A DNA stretch of 64,000 bases from a virus. A program made the translations under genes and the position numbers. The stretch covers positions 73,012 through 137,011 of IMG/VR virus record IMGVR_UViG_3300032053_005343. One strand, given 5' to 3'. This document shows positions 29,172 through 38,909 of the stretch, piece by piece; position 1 is the stretch's first letter, and each line of letters opens with the position of its first letter. The notes under the pieces were generated by a model. The model ran no database searches and had not been told where the DNA came from. It saw only the letters and a list, made by a program, of their open reading frames with translations.

Positions 29172-29960
29172 CTATTGAATTATACATGATCTCGAATTTA
29201 AATTATTATCAAATTTTTCACCAAGAGAACCGTCTGAATTAATTTTCCACCAGACACAATATAATTTTTTGTCTTTATGCATTCCTCTTTCTATTTCTCT
29301 GTGATGATTTGGACAAAGAGAAGAAATATTTTCTTTGGTGTTGTTTTCTCTGTTCCCGTCTATGTGGTGCAAATCTATACACAAATTATATCTACATAAA
29401 CAGCATTCTGATCCAACAGTCCCATTTTGCATTGCTTGTTTGATAGATGAATAGAAATTTTTTGACCTAAAACGTAGTTTTGTACTACGTTCTTTATATG
29501 AAGATATATGATATTTTCTTAATTTTGTTCTTATAGAGTTAATTGATAGTCCAAGTATTTCTTTTATTTCATTTAAATTTTTATTTTCATTATATAAAAT
29601 AAGAAGTTTTTGATTTTCTTCTTCTCCACCCCTTTTACGACCATTGCCTATACAATGTTTAATAGCATAAAGTTTACAATATACCTGTTTTTTAGATCTA
29701 TGCAAAGTTTGGGCTATTGTTTTTATAGATATTTTTTTATAATTATCTGTTAAATAATTTATATCTTTTTGTGTCCAATGTTTTTTATCAATTGACTTAG
29801 CACAATTCAATTTGATTAGTTTGTTGTTGATAGAAGGAATTGTTCTTCCAAGATATTTAGATAATTCATGGATTTTCATTAATTTATAATTATTTATTAA
29901 CCAAATCTCGTCTTCTCTTGACCACTGCTTATTCATATTTTTATTAATTCTGAACCACAA
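29172..29960 (-). CDS. HNH endonuclease with N-terminal Myb/HTH-like repeats
   Basis: WSREDEIWL / WTQKDINYL repeats; DLHHIDGNRENN..LCPNHH. Confidence 0.8.
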   Translation of the reverse strand: MWFRINKNMNKQWSREDEIWLINNYKLMKIHELSKYLGRTIPSINNKLIKLNCAKSIDKKHWTQKDINYLTDNYKKISIKTIAQTLHRSKKQVYCKLYAIKHCIGNGRKRGGEEENQKLLILYNENKNLNEIKEILGLSINSIRTKLRKYHISSYKERSTKLRFRSKNFYSSIKQAMQNGTVGSECCLCRYNLCIDLHHIDGNRENNTKENISSLCPNHHREIERGMHKDKKLYCVWWKINSDGSLGEKFDNNLNSRSCIIQ

Positions 29961-30678
29961 TTGGAATCTTGTTATCTTTTAAGAATCTGATAAATGATTT
30001 CGAAGAAACATAATAAGAACAATGGAAAAAGATATACTCCCCTCTTATCGCTACCTGTACTGCAACTCCGATTAAACAATATTCGTCACCATATTTCACA
30101 AATAATCCGCCGCCACTTGAGCCTGGAGATATTTGAGCATCACTAATTATAAAGTGCCCCGCTAATCTTGAAATTATTCCTTTAGTCACAGATGGAAATT
30201 CCGATAATTGACAAGTACAAGAATAAACTTCTTTTATTAATTCATAATTCGTAGAAATTTTTGTTACAGCAAAATCTCGCGTAGACAAAAAAGTAATTAC
30301 CATCACATCTAATTTTTCGTCACTAGAAAAAAATGTTCCATTATTAACTCCTACAACCTCCTCTTTATCATTATAAGAAGTTAACAAAAATGGAATTTCT
30401 TGTGAAGATAATTTGTCTTCTTCAGGTATCTGGCCATTTATTAGATGGAAGGCCGTCAAGACATAATAAAGAAATTTTTCTTCCTGTTTTTCTTTACCTA
30501 TGATAACCCCAGAACCATATCCAAACTCAGTTTCTATTTTTACTACCGAATCGTTCATTTTTTGAGTCGATTTAATAGGGGTACTTGTGAGAAAAAATAC
30601 TGTCACACACACCATCACAAGACATACAAAATACGACGTTAATAATTTTTTATTGTTTTGAAGAAAACTTTTTTTCAT
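29944..30678 (-). CDS. Trypsin-like serine protease with N-terminal TM/signal
   Basis: GSGVII, LTAFH, LDV, PGSSGGGL. Confidence 0.85.
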   Translation of the reverse strand: MKKSFLQNNKKLLTSYFVCLVMVCVTVFFLTSTPIKSTQKMNDSVVKIETEFGYGSGVIIGKEKQEEKFLYYVLTAFHLINGQIPEEDKLSSQEIPFLLTSYNDKEEVVGVNNGTFFSSDEKLDVMVITFLSTRDFAVTKISTNYELIKEVYSCTCQLSEFPSVTKGIISRLAGHFIISDAQISPGSSGGGLFVKYGDEYCLIGVAVQVAIRGEYIFFHCSYYVSSKSFIRFLKDNKIPIVVQN

Positions 30679-30697
30679 ATTATGTCTCCATTATATT

Positions 30698-31180
30698 TTA
30701 CGGCGTCGGCTTTGAATTTAAAGCTTTAATTTCTTTAAGTAGATCCAATATTTCTTTCAAAGAAGGGGTAGAGGATGGCGGTGATGGCTGATTATTTATT
30801 CCACCAAGAACACCTGGAATAGCTGAAATAGCATTATTAATGATGCTGGCAAACGCCTGCATATCTGCTTTATGGGCTTCTGCTTGAACTTGATAGAACT
30901 GGAACATCGCCTGTGCTCTTTCTGATTCTGCGGCTATAACTGGAGACGGGCTAGAATTAACCTCCGTATCAATATCAAACGATCCAGTTGTTGCATCATA
31001 TTTACCCTTAAGTTTACCATTAAATTCACTTCCTGCATCAAATGTAACACCGCGACTATTCCTTTCAAAGTGAAGTGAAGGATTACTAAGTTTCGCCGCA
31101 TTTTGGGGGGAACTCAACATCGCACAACCGCCATACAAAAACATTTGTGACACCAGAGCCAATTTAATCATTTTTACCAT
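30698..31180 (-). CDS. Putative lipoprotein
   Basis: Signal peptide ending LYGGC; Pro/Ser-rich C-terminus. Confidence 0.55.
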   Translation of the reverse strand: MVKMIKLALVSQMFLYGGCAMLSSPQNAAKLSNPSLHFERNSRGVTFDAGSEFNGKLKGKYDATTGSFDIDTEVNSSPSPVIAAESERAQAMFQFYQVQAEAHKADMQAFASIINNAISAIPGVLGGINNQPSPPSSTPSLKEILDLLKEIKALNSKPTP

Positions 31181-31198
31181 AAATTTCTCCTTTTCTTT

Positions 31199-31951
31199 CT
31201 ATAGATTTAATACACCTTCGTTTAATTTATAACAATCCAGATTTTTATCAAAAATTATTATTTTTCTTTTAATTAATTCATACCCTATTTTCGAAATTTG
31301 AGCTTCAATTTTTCTATGAGTTGACATATTACATAAGTATAAATTTTCTATAATATTATTCGATTTATCTCCGTCTATATGGTGAATAACTTCTTCTGTT
31401 TTTAATGATCTGCCTATATATTTCTCTATAACCAAGATATGTTCTTTAGTTTGCTTTCCTCTGTGATTATCTGGATGATAACGATTTACAATTATATATC
31501 CGTTTTGGTTCTTATATTTTCCCATATATAAAGGATGTTTTTCTCCGCTATAATTTATACCTGTTGTTTTTGTTTTTTCATAAATATTTAATTGCTTTCT
31601 AGCTTGAACAACAACATTTTGACAAACTTGAAAACAATTTGCTACTTTTCGCCAATTTTTAAATTTATTATATGTTTCTAATAATAATTCTTTAGTTATT
31701 ATTTTTCTAAAATTTATAATTGATTGAGTCGTGTTTTGATTTGTTGTTTTAGGACATCTCCAATCCTTTTTGTCTCCATATCCTAAGATATTAAACAATT
31801 TTTGAATCTTGCTTAAAGTTCCCCTATGCATATTAAAATATTTGGCAACTTTAGACCAATATTCTAATTCTGTATATTTTTCTAATAATATTTCTTTTGT
31901 GAGAAAATTATATGATGACCTCTTATACCATTTTTCTAGTTTTTCATTCAT
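31199..31951 (-). CDS. HNH endonuclease with duplicated N-terminal HTH
   Basis: TKE.LLE.Y...W.KVA repeat twice; EHILVIE..IGR.L..EVIHHIDGDKSNNIIENL. Confidence 0.85.
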   Translation of the reverse strand: MNEKLEKWYKRSSYNFLTKEILLEKYTELEYWSKVAKYFNMHRGTLSKIQKLFNILGYGDKKDWRCPKTTNQNTTQSIINFRKIITKELLLETYNKFKNWRKVANCFQVCQNVVVQARKQLNIYEKTKTTGINYSGEKHPLYMGKYKNQNGYIIVNRYHPDNHRGKQTKEHILVIEKYIGRSLKTEEVIHHIDGDKSNNIIENLYLCNMSTHRKIEAQISKIGYELIKRKIIIFDKNLDCYKLNEGVLNL

Positions 31952-31956
31952 ATGTT

Positions 31957-32841
31957 TTATTTAGAAGAAAATTTATGAAGTTCTTGAAGCCTATTTTCGG
32001 CCTCTTTTTTAGTTGGGTAACATGCTAATTTCTTCCCTGTTCTTTCACTCACAACACACCACTCTTTGCCAGGAGGACCAACTTTTTTAACAAACGCCTC
32101 GGCCTTTTGCGCATCGAACTTGTCTAATTCTTCTGAAATTGATTTAAGATCATCTTGCATAATCAAATTACCTTTCAAATCTATTCGCAGTTTATTTCTT
32201 TTTCTAATTGGAATATTTAATGCCTTTTCTAAAGACATACCATTACGAATTCTGCCACGAATTGTACTATAGTTTAAATTTTTAATTTTGCAATAATCTT
32301 TTAAACACAGTCTATCAATTTTTATATTTGTCCTTCTATTTTTAGCCTGCACGCTTCTTGTTGCTAATCTCCAGTTGTCAAGAGAATAATCTCCATTGTT
32401 ATCTATTCTATCGAATGTTAGCCCTTTGGGTATTTCACCAATATCTTTTAAAAAGTTTTCAAACGATCCGCCCTTTTTGGGATTCCATCTATCGCAAACC
32501 GTTATTGGCTTATCTCGTCCTCCGTAATTTTTATATCCTATGTGTTTTGAATTGGTACATCTTTGAATCATACTACCCCAAGCCCTATATGTTTTTGTTC
32601 CAGAGCATCCATGAGTTTCCCCATGTTTATTTTTAATGTTTCGAAGTTGTATTTTCTCTGTGTTTAGACAACCACAACTTTTGCTGCTTCCGGACACAAG
32701 ACTATTGCCATTAATTATCTTTTCATTTCCACAATCACATCTGCACAACCACCTTGTCTTTCCAAATCTATCGTTTTCCTCCCTTTTTATTACTAATAAT
32801 CTATTAAATTTTTGTTCCGTTAAATCAATAAACTTGCTCAT
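31957..32841 (-). CDS. DLxG-family HNH-like endonuclease reading in-frame into a small downstream protein (31957..32160)
   Basis: FIDLTEQKFNRL..FDRIDNNGDY; internal ATG at 32160 preceded by AAAGGT. Confidence 0.8.
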   Translation of the reverse strand: MSKFIDLTEQKFNRLLVIKREENDRFGKTRWLCRCDCGNEKIINGNSLVSGSSKSCGCLNTEKIQLRNIKNKHGETHGCSGTKTYRAWGSMIQRCTNSKHIGYKNYGGRDKPITVCDRWNPKKGGSFENFLKDIGEIPKGLTFDRIDNNGDYSLDNWRLATRSVQAKNRRTNIKIDRLCLKDYCKIKNLNYSTIRGRIRNGMSLEKALNIPIRKRNKLRIDLKGNLIMQDDLKSISEELDKFDAQKAEAFVKKVGPPGKEWCVVSERTGKKLACYPTKKEAENRLQELHKFSSK

Positions 32842-33366
32842 TTAAATTTTATCACCAAACTTTAATATTAATTTTTCGGTTGCTTTTTTTTGCAAATTCA
32901 ATATAGAATAAGTTGAAAATCCCGTTTTTTCTGTAATTTCTAAAAGAGTCATATTACTTAGATATCTCAGTCTCAGAACTTCCGCTTCTTCTTCTTTTAA
33001 AGAATCAAACATTTCTTCAATAATAAGTCCCGATCCGACTGGCTCGTTATATTCAGCATTAATAAACTCTTTTCTTAATTCTGTTTCGTATCTCGTTGCT
33101 TGTTTTATGTTTGAATCTATAAAATGTCTTATAGACCCACTTACACGATGATAAAGAAAAGTATTAAAAGCACCTAAAGTTATATTAAAATGAATCATAG
33201 AATATAAAAGTTCTGTTCTTGCAATTGAAAGAAAATCGTTGAGATAATTTTCATCATATCCTTTTCCAAATTTTTTAAACAAATCATTTGCTATTTTTTT
33301 TAATAAGTTATATTTTTGTTTGTAATAAAAATCAAAATATCCACTGGTTATTCTTCTTTTAACCAT
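32842..33366 (-). CDS. Sigma-70-family RNA polymerase sigma factor
   Basis: Region-2-like FNTFLYHRVSGSI; region-4 LKEEEAEVLRLRY..MTLLEI..G.S. Confidence 0.78.
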   Translation of the reverse strand: MVKRRITSGYFDFYYKQKYNLLKKIANDLFKKFGKGYDENYLNDFLSIARTELLYSMIHFNITLGAFNTFLYHRVSGSIRHFIDSNIKQATRYETELRKEFINAEYNEPVGSGLIIEEMFDSLKEEEAEVLRLRYLSNMTLLEITEKTGFSTYSILNLQKKATEKLILKFGDKI

Positions 33367-33368
33367 TA

Positions 33369-33998
33369 TTATTCCTTTAAAGAATTAATATTTAACTTAT
33401 CTTCCATTTCCTTTGTCCAAATTCCATCTACAATCCCAATCTTAATAGCTTCTTCCGGCATTAACCAAGTTGTTTTATTTAACAATTCATTAAATTTTTT
33501 CCTATTAATTTTAAGTCTGGAAACAAGATCTTTCGTTTTATCTTCCGAATATTTCGTCAAATGTTCTATAGCTGTTTTTTGTGAAAGAATTTCATTCTCA
33601 GGAAGTGCAACATTAATATTATGAAGAAACATCGTACTATTTTTAGTAATGAAACGACACCCCTTGGTTCCGTAAGCTGTTATCGTAGCCGCCATACTTG
33701 CCGAGGTTCCGCGCACAATGGTATATATAGGAAATGGACTAAGTTCCATAGTATCTATAATTGCATAACCACCACCCAATTCTCCACCGGCACTATTAAT
33801 ATAAATATATACTGGTAATTTATTAAAAGCGTATGCCTGTAATCTCTGGCAAATATAGTCTGCTTTTTGATCTGTAATTTCTCCTGTGAGAAGGATGCGA
33901 CGGGTCTTTATTAACATTTCTTCTAGATCGTTATTTAAATCATTTTCTGCTTGGCAAACTTCGCAATCGCATTCGGGCTCTTCTTTTTTATTTTTCAT
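33369..33998 (-). CDS. clpP: ClpP-like protease subunit
   Basis: YINSAGG, IIDTM, SASMA, MFLH, EEAIKIGIVD. Confidence 0.85.
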   Translation of the reverse strand: MKNKKEEPECDCEVCQAENDLNNDLEEMLIKTRRILLTGEITDQKADYICQRLQAYAFNKLPVYIYINSAGGELGGGYAIIDTMELSPFPIYTIVRGTSASMAATITAYGTKGCRFITKNSTMFLHNINVALPENEILSQKTAIEHLTKYSEDKTKDLVSRLKINRKKFNELLNKTTWLMPEEAIKIGIVDGIWTKEMEDKLNINSLKE

Positions 33999-34263
33999 TT
34001 AATTTCTCGGAATTGAAAAAAAAAATGTACATAGGGGTATATTGCCAATGTTTCATAATTAATTATACCACAAGAATCATTTAAAAAATGAAATTTTTTA
34101 GGCTTGCTAGACAAGGATAAGATGTGTGAATCGGGGAGATTCGCGGCATTATTTTTAATGGGCATCATTTTATTCATCCAGCCTTACCTTTAACCGCAAT
34201 TTCTTGTCGTGCTATATTATACATACACATTCGGTTTGTGTCTAATTATAATAAAGTATATCT

Positions 34264-34467
34264 TTAATTCATACTATATTTACTGAATCTAAAATCATTA
34301 TTAAATAACTTTATCTTTCTTCTCAATCTTTTATTTGTTTCTATCAATTTTCGTATCTTATCAATTAATTGTATTTTTGATAAATCCAACATTTCAGTAT
34401 CTTCTTTTAAATCTTTTACTAATTTTTTAATTTTTTTTCTACTGCATTTAAAGAATTCCTTTTGCAT
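34264..34467 (-). CDS. Hypothetical protein
   Basis: 67 aa ORF with AAGGA RBS. Confidence 0.45.
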   Translation of the reverse strand: MQKEFFKCSRKKIKKLVKDLKEDTEMLDLSKIQLIDKIRKLIETNKRLRRKIKLFNNDFRFSKYSMN

Positions 34468-34488
34468 ATTATTTTTCCTTAAAATTAT

Positions 34489-35151
34489 TTAATTTTTTTT
34501 TCTTTTCTTGATTGATGTTGTTAAAGCTTTTTCTAGGGGCCATTTAAGAGTATTTATTCTTATTATAATCGCATTGTAGTTTAAATTTTTTATTTTACAA
34601 TAGTCTTTTAAACACAATAATTTTCCATTCAATGGAATAACAATATTATTTCTTTTATTTCTATTCTGTTCTTTTCGTGTTGCCCATCTGCAATTTGATT
34701 TATAATACCCTAAATTGTTATTTATTCTTTCAAGTGTTAATCCAGGAGAACATTCTCCCATGTCTTTTAAAAAGTTTTGAAATCCATTTTTCTTATTTGA
34801 CCATCTTCTACAAACAGTGATTGGCTGTGTTCTTCCTCCATAGTTTTTATATGATTTATCATTTGGATTTGTGCATCTTTGTATCATGTGATGATATGCT
34901 TCATATGTTTTTGATGCTTTGTTATTTTTGGTATGATTATGTTTTGTTTGAGCCAATTTTATTTTTTCTATCATCAAACATCCACAACTTTTTGTATTCC
35001 CTGTCACAAGGCTATAACGAGGAATTATTTTAATAATACCACAATCACACAAGCACTCGTATAGGATTCGACCTAATTTGTTTTTACCATATTCTTTAAT
35101 GACAGTTAATCTTCCGAATTTTTTACCAATTAAATCTTTAATTTTATTCAT
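34489..35151 (-). CDS. DLxG-family HNH-like endonuclease
   Basis: DLIGKKFGRL, CLCDCG, LERINNNLGYYKSNCRWAT. Confidence 0.85.
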   Translation of the reverse strand: MNKIKDLIGKKFGRLTVIKEYGKNKLGRILYECLCDCGIIKIIPRYSLVTGNTKSCGCLMIEKIKLAQTKHNHTKNNKASKTYEAYHHMIQRCTNPNDKSYKNYGGRTQPITVCRRWSNKKNGFQNFLKDMGECSPGLTLERINNNLGYYKSNCRWATRKEQNRNKRNNIVIPLNGKLLCLKDYCKIKNLNYNAIIIRINTLKWPLEKALTTSIKKRKKN

Positions 35152-35971
35152 TTAAAATTCTACGCACCCCCTCGCTTCCATCCTGGAGTTTAAAAAGTTC
35201 CATTTTGTACACAATAAGAGGAAATTCTTGTTGCATTATTTTGAACATTTCAACACTCAAAGATCTTATTTCAGGTTCTACACCTTCTCCTCCTCTTAGA
35301 CTCATAAAATATCTAACGGATCTTCCGTTTAAAGTTGTCATGATTTTCGTTTCCGTCGCATTGGGCAACACAGACCTAGCTGCTTGTCTAGCTGCTTTTC
35401 TTTGTTCTGTTTTATTTGGCATATCTTTATACAATTCTGATAATTGGGTTGTTAATATTTCATAAAAATCTCTTGATTTTAAACAAAATGTTTTCCATTC
35501 TTCTACTACAGATGGATTTATTTTTTCTAATTCTTGAATAGCTTTTGGTATAATAAAACAAACATCCGAAGAGTCTACGTATCTTTGGCTAAGTTGACTG
35601 TATGCGACTCCAATTCTAGTTCTTACGAGTTCGTGAGTTAATGATCTTGACACATTCCAAATTTGGAAATTAAAAGTCGCATGTTCTAAACAACTTTCAT
35701 GTCCTACATCTATTAAATGTTTAAGGTGTTCATCGTGTGTTCTACCTTTTAATTCTTCTCCTTTTTTAGGCCATGATTGGTAGCAATTTCTTCCGCCGAA
35801 CTCTATTAGCCAGTTTCCATCGTCGTCGCCGAGATCAATATTCGAGTCAAGTTTTCTTTGAAATTCTGGCCAACACATATTTGAATCTTCTAAGAATGCC
35901 GTTAGACCATCTATATTTATTATGCTTTTTCCAATTAATTTTACTTTTGGTTTAATTATAAAATCATTCAT
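35144..35971 (-). CDS. thyX: Flavin-dependent thymidylate synthase
   Basis: GHESCLEH, SRSLTHELVRTR..SQLSQRY, ARSVLPNATET, LR....PEIR. Confidence 0.93.
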   Translation of the reverse strand: MNDFIIKPKVKLIGKSIINIDGLTAFLEDSNMCWPEFQRKLDSNIDLGDDDGNWLIEFGGRNCYQSWPKKGEELKGRTHDEHLKHLIDVGHESCLEHATFNFQIWNVSRSLTHELVRTRIGVAYSQLSQRYVDSSDVCFIIPKAIQELEKINPSVVEEWKTFCLKSRDFYEILTTQLSELYKDMPNKTEQRKAARQAARSVLPNATETKIMTTLNGRSVRYFMSLRGGEGVEPEIRSLSVEMFKIMQQEFPLIVYKMELFKLQDGSEGVRRILNE

Positions 35972-35972
35972 T

Positions 35973-36224
35973 TCAATTATTCTCCTTGGCGAGTTCTATT
36001 TCAAATTCTTGAACATATATATCTTGAAAAATCATATTATTTGGTACTGTATCGCCGCCAAAAAAAGAGGCATTGGCGGATATATTTGGTGTAAGACTAT
36101 TTTTAATTGGGCATCTAATTGTATAACCATATCCATCCCTTCCAACAACTTGACACATATGTTGTGGATTTATTTTCATTCTTACCATTTGTCCTTCAGA
36201 ATATTTTCCAGATGACCTTCTCAT
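35973..36224 (-). CDS. Hypothetical protein
   Basis: 83 aa ORF in gene string. Confidence 0.5.
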   Translation of the reverse strand: MRRSSGKYSEGQMVRMKINPQHMCQVVGRDGYGYTIRCPIKNSLTPNISANASFFGGDTVPNNMIFQDIYVQEFEIELAKENN

Positions 36225-36284
36225 ATTTTTTCCCTTCAGTCTTCATCAATTTCGTCTTCAACATTAACATCAAATCCTTAGTTT

Positions 36285-36563
36285 TCATTTAACAAGCTTT
36301 TGTAAAAAATCATGAAATAAATAATCCGTATTTGTATTCTTACAAGAATCAATAATTTCTTTGCATTTTTGAATACAGGTGTCTTTTCCTCTATGGCTCT
36401 CAAGAATATCATACAATAATTTTAATATATGTTGAGCGTTTCGAACATTTTCTTTGATCATAAAATGATTAAAACATATCTGACATCGAGTGTGTTCACC
36501 TTCTTTTCTTCCTGGACATTCTAAGCCGGGACGATTTCCACATTCAAAACATATATTATTCAT
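36285..36563 (-). CDS. Hypothetical Cys-containing protein
   Basis: CFEC, CQIC. Confidence 0.5.
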   Translation of the reverse strand: MNNICFECGNRPGLECPGRKEGEHTRCQICFNHFMIKENVRNAQHILKLLYDILESHRGKDTCIQKCKEIIDSCKNTNTDYLFHDFLQKLVK

Positions 36564-37122
36564 TTTTTAAAACCTCCCACAAATGAACGTTAAACCACGC
36601 ATCAAACAAAGCATGATGCGCACCAAGTTTGTATATTTCTGGTTTCATAGACTTAAATACGTTGATAGCTTGCGCGGTTTTTTCTTTTTTGAAATCTACA
36701 AAATACAATTTTGAAAATTGCGACATATACATCATTACAGAATTTAAATCTAATGAACGATAATCAAATAATTCTATTGTTCCTGGTGAATTTACCGATT
36801 GCGATAATTTTTTAATAAATTGTAAATCAAAAGATCCAACATTTAAACCCATAACTATTATTGGTTTATGATTGTATTGTCTTATTAACCAAGTATTAAA
36901 ATCACAAATTGCAATATATGGCTCTGATCGTTGAACATTTTCAATTTTACTAAAATCAATTTTTAAAAATGCTTGAGTTTTTGTGGATACAAATAAATCT
37001 TTATAATATATTTCCCTATAAAATTCATCGTCGTCTATTAGATTAACTGCACCAATAGATATAACATTGTGTTTGTCTGGATCTAATCCGGTCGTTTCTA
37101 TATCCAAAGATATTATATTCAT
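36556..37122 (-). CDS. DEDDh 3'-5' exonuclease (DnaQ-like)
   Basis: LDIETTG, N..FDLQF, HHALFDA. Confidence 0.87.
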   Translation of the reverse strand: MNIISLDIETTGLDPDKHNVISIGAVNLIDDDEFYREIYYKDLFVSTKTQAFLKIDFSKIENVQRSEPYIAICDFNTWLIRQYNHKPIIVMGLNVGSFDLQFIKKLSQSVNSPGTIELFDYRSLDLNSVMMYMSQFSKLYFVDFKKEKTAQAINVFKSMKPEIYKLGAHHALFDAWFNVHLWEVLKNE

Positions 37123-37158
37123 TTAAAAATTCCTTTTATTGTCCAATTTATTTCATTT

Positions 37159-37551
37159 TTAGTGTTGTGAGTCACTTATTTCAACCATTATCTTTTCAAA
37201 TTCTAAATTAAATATCGCCTTGCCGCACAAGATATGCCTATCGCTGACATTAGATATCGTATCATTGAGATTGATCGTAATTTTTCCATCTGAATCTTTT
37301 TGAAAAGTTTGACAAGTAAGATAACCATCTTTAATTTCTTTTACATATATATACAACCACCAATAATCTTTTTCTTCTTGTGGACACGAATAACAATTCT
37401 TATATTTATAACATTTTCCAACAAATTCTTTTAAAGCTTTCTCTTTTTTAAGTTCTTCTCGTTTGTGTATTTCGTCCCAACAAATTTTATAAATCTTTTC
37501 TAATTGAATGGGTGTCATATTTTCTGGCTTTTTAAGCAACAATTTGTTCAT
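37159..37551 (-). CDS. Hypothetical protein
   Basis: 130 aa ORF. Confidence 0.55.
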   Translation of the reverse strand: MNKLLLKKPENMTPIQLEKIYKICWDEIHKREELKKEKALKEFVGKCYKYKNCYSCPQEEKDYWWLYIYVKEIKDGYLTCQTFQKDSDGKITINLNDTISNVSDRHILCGKAIFNLEFEKIMVEISDSQH

Positions 37552-38296
37552 CTAATTTTCCTTTAAACTTAAATAATTTTTCTTTTCTATCAGCTTTTCC
37601 TCCGGTGATAGTATTCATACAAGTTTTTCTTTCTATTTGCCAAACACATTCGAAATCTTCTGGAGCTTGATATTCCGATATATATATATCATGCTTGTCC
37701 GAAAATTCTCTTATAATATTCCAAAATCGAACATGGTCAAATTTAGATTTATATCCCGTTGTTTCCATATATGGCGGATCACAATAAACAAAACACCCCA
37801 AAGGAAGAGTTCTTAACAAATCTTCATAATCCCTAGAATAAAATTTAACATCTTTTATAGTTTGTAAAAGTCTTATAGTACTATTGCGAGCGCCTTTAAT
37901 AAAATCATATCCGCTCTTTGGATCACGAGCATATCCTCCCCAACCCTTTCCACCGAATGAACAAAAATACATAGCAAAACCTATTTCTCCGTTACACACT
38001 GTTTCTTTATATAATTGTTTTAACTCCTTATATCTTTCTTCTGATAATATTTCTGGAGGTAGCCATCCATCTTGTAACTGGCGATAGAAGGTTATTAGGT
38101 AAGGACAAAGATCAGATCCTATTCTTGGGCCATCTATTAAAGAAATAATAGCGCCACCTCCAACAAAAGGTTCAACATATATTTGCCCAGGCTTGCGAAC
38201 CGATTTTAAAAAGGCTGTTAATTGTTTTGCTATTCTTACTTTTCCACCTAAATATCTCATCTTATTAATATCCTCTTGGTAGAAACCAAACTTCAT
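37532..38296 (-). CDS. DNA adenine methyltransferase (Dam/D12 class)
   Basis: YLGGK, YVEPFVGGGA, YCDPPY. Confidence 0.9.
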   Translation of the reverse strand: MKFGFYQEDINKMRYLGGKVRIAKQLTAFLKSVRKPGQIYVEPFVGGGAIISLIDGPRIGSDLCPYLITFYRQLQDGWLPPEILSEERYKELKQLYKETVCNGEIGFAMYFCSFGGKGWGGYARDPKSGYDFIKGARNSTIRLLQTIKDVKFYSRDYEDLLRTLPLGCFVYCDPPYMETTGYKSKFDHVRFWNIIREFSDKHDIYISEYQAPEDFECVWQIERKTCMNTITGGKADRKEKLFKFKGKLDEQIVA

Positions 38297-38570
38297 TATA
38301 TATCATTCTTTGTCCATCTTGGAGTTTTTCAATACCCTTAAAAAGAATACCATCGGCAGAAATAATAATGTCTAAAATATCCATTTCTAGTGTAAGACTA
38401 TCTCCTGTAAAACAATATAATTTTTTATCATTACAACAAATATATCCTATATTTTTATTAGGATTTTTTATTTGCAAACCATCTATAGTTCTTTGAATGT
38501 AAAAATCTCCACGCATTTATCCTCTCCCACACACGTAATTAGATACTGGTCCCTTTGGGCCTCCAACATT

Positions 38571-38909
38571 TCATAAAATTATCTTTCTTTTATTGGATTT
38601 TACTTTAATAGGTTTGTTTTTAATTAATGGTTTAAAATATCCATATTGCTGTTGAACTATGTCGTTAAATTCTTCTATCCAATCAACACCATCAACATTT
38701 TCTGTCCATCTTACTTTTACTCCACAAATAGTAATATCACCAAAAAAATCTCTTACTGGCGAACACACATCTATTGTAAAAGAATTATGAAACATTTCAA
38801 GAAATTCTCTTCTTTTTTCTTTTGATATAAAAATAACGTTTGGGTATTTACCATGCTTTGTTCTAAACTCATACATTGTTTTTCTTATGTCGTCAACATT
38901 ATTAAACAT
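38571..38909 (-). CDS. Hypothetical protein ending KRKIIL
   Basis: 112 aa ORF overlapping brxL stop. Confidence 0.55.
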   Translation of the reverse strand: MFNNVDDIRKTMYEFRTKHGKYPNVIFISKEKRREFLEMFHNSFTIDVCSPVRDFFGDITICGVKVRWTENVDGVDWIEEFNDIVQQQYGYFKPLIKNKPIKVKSNKRKIIL

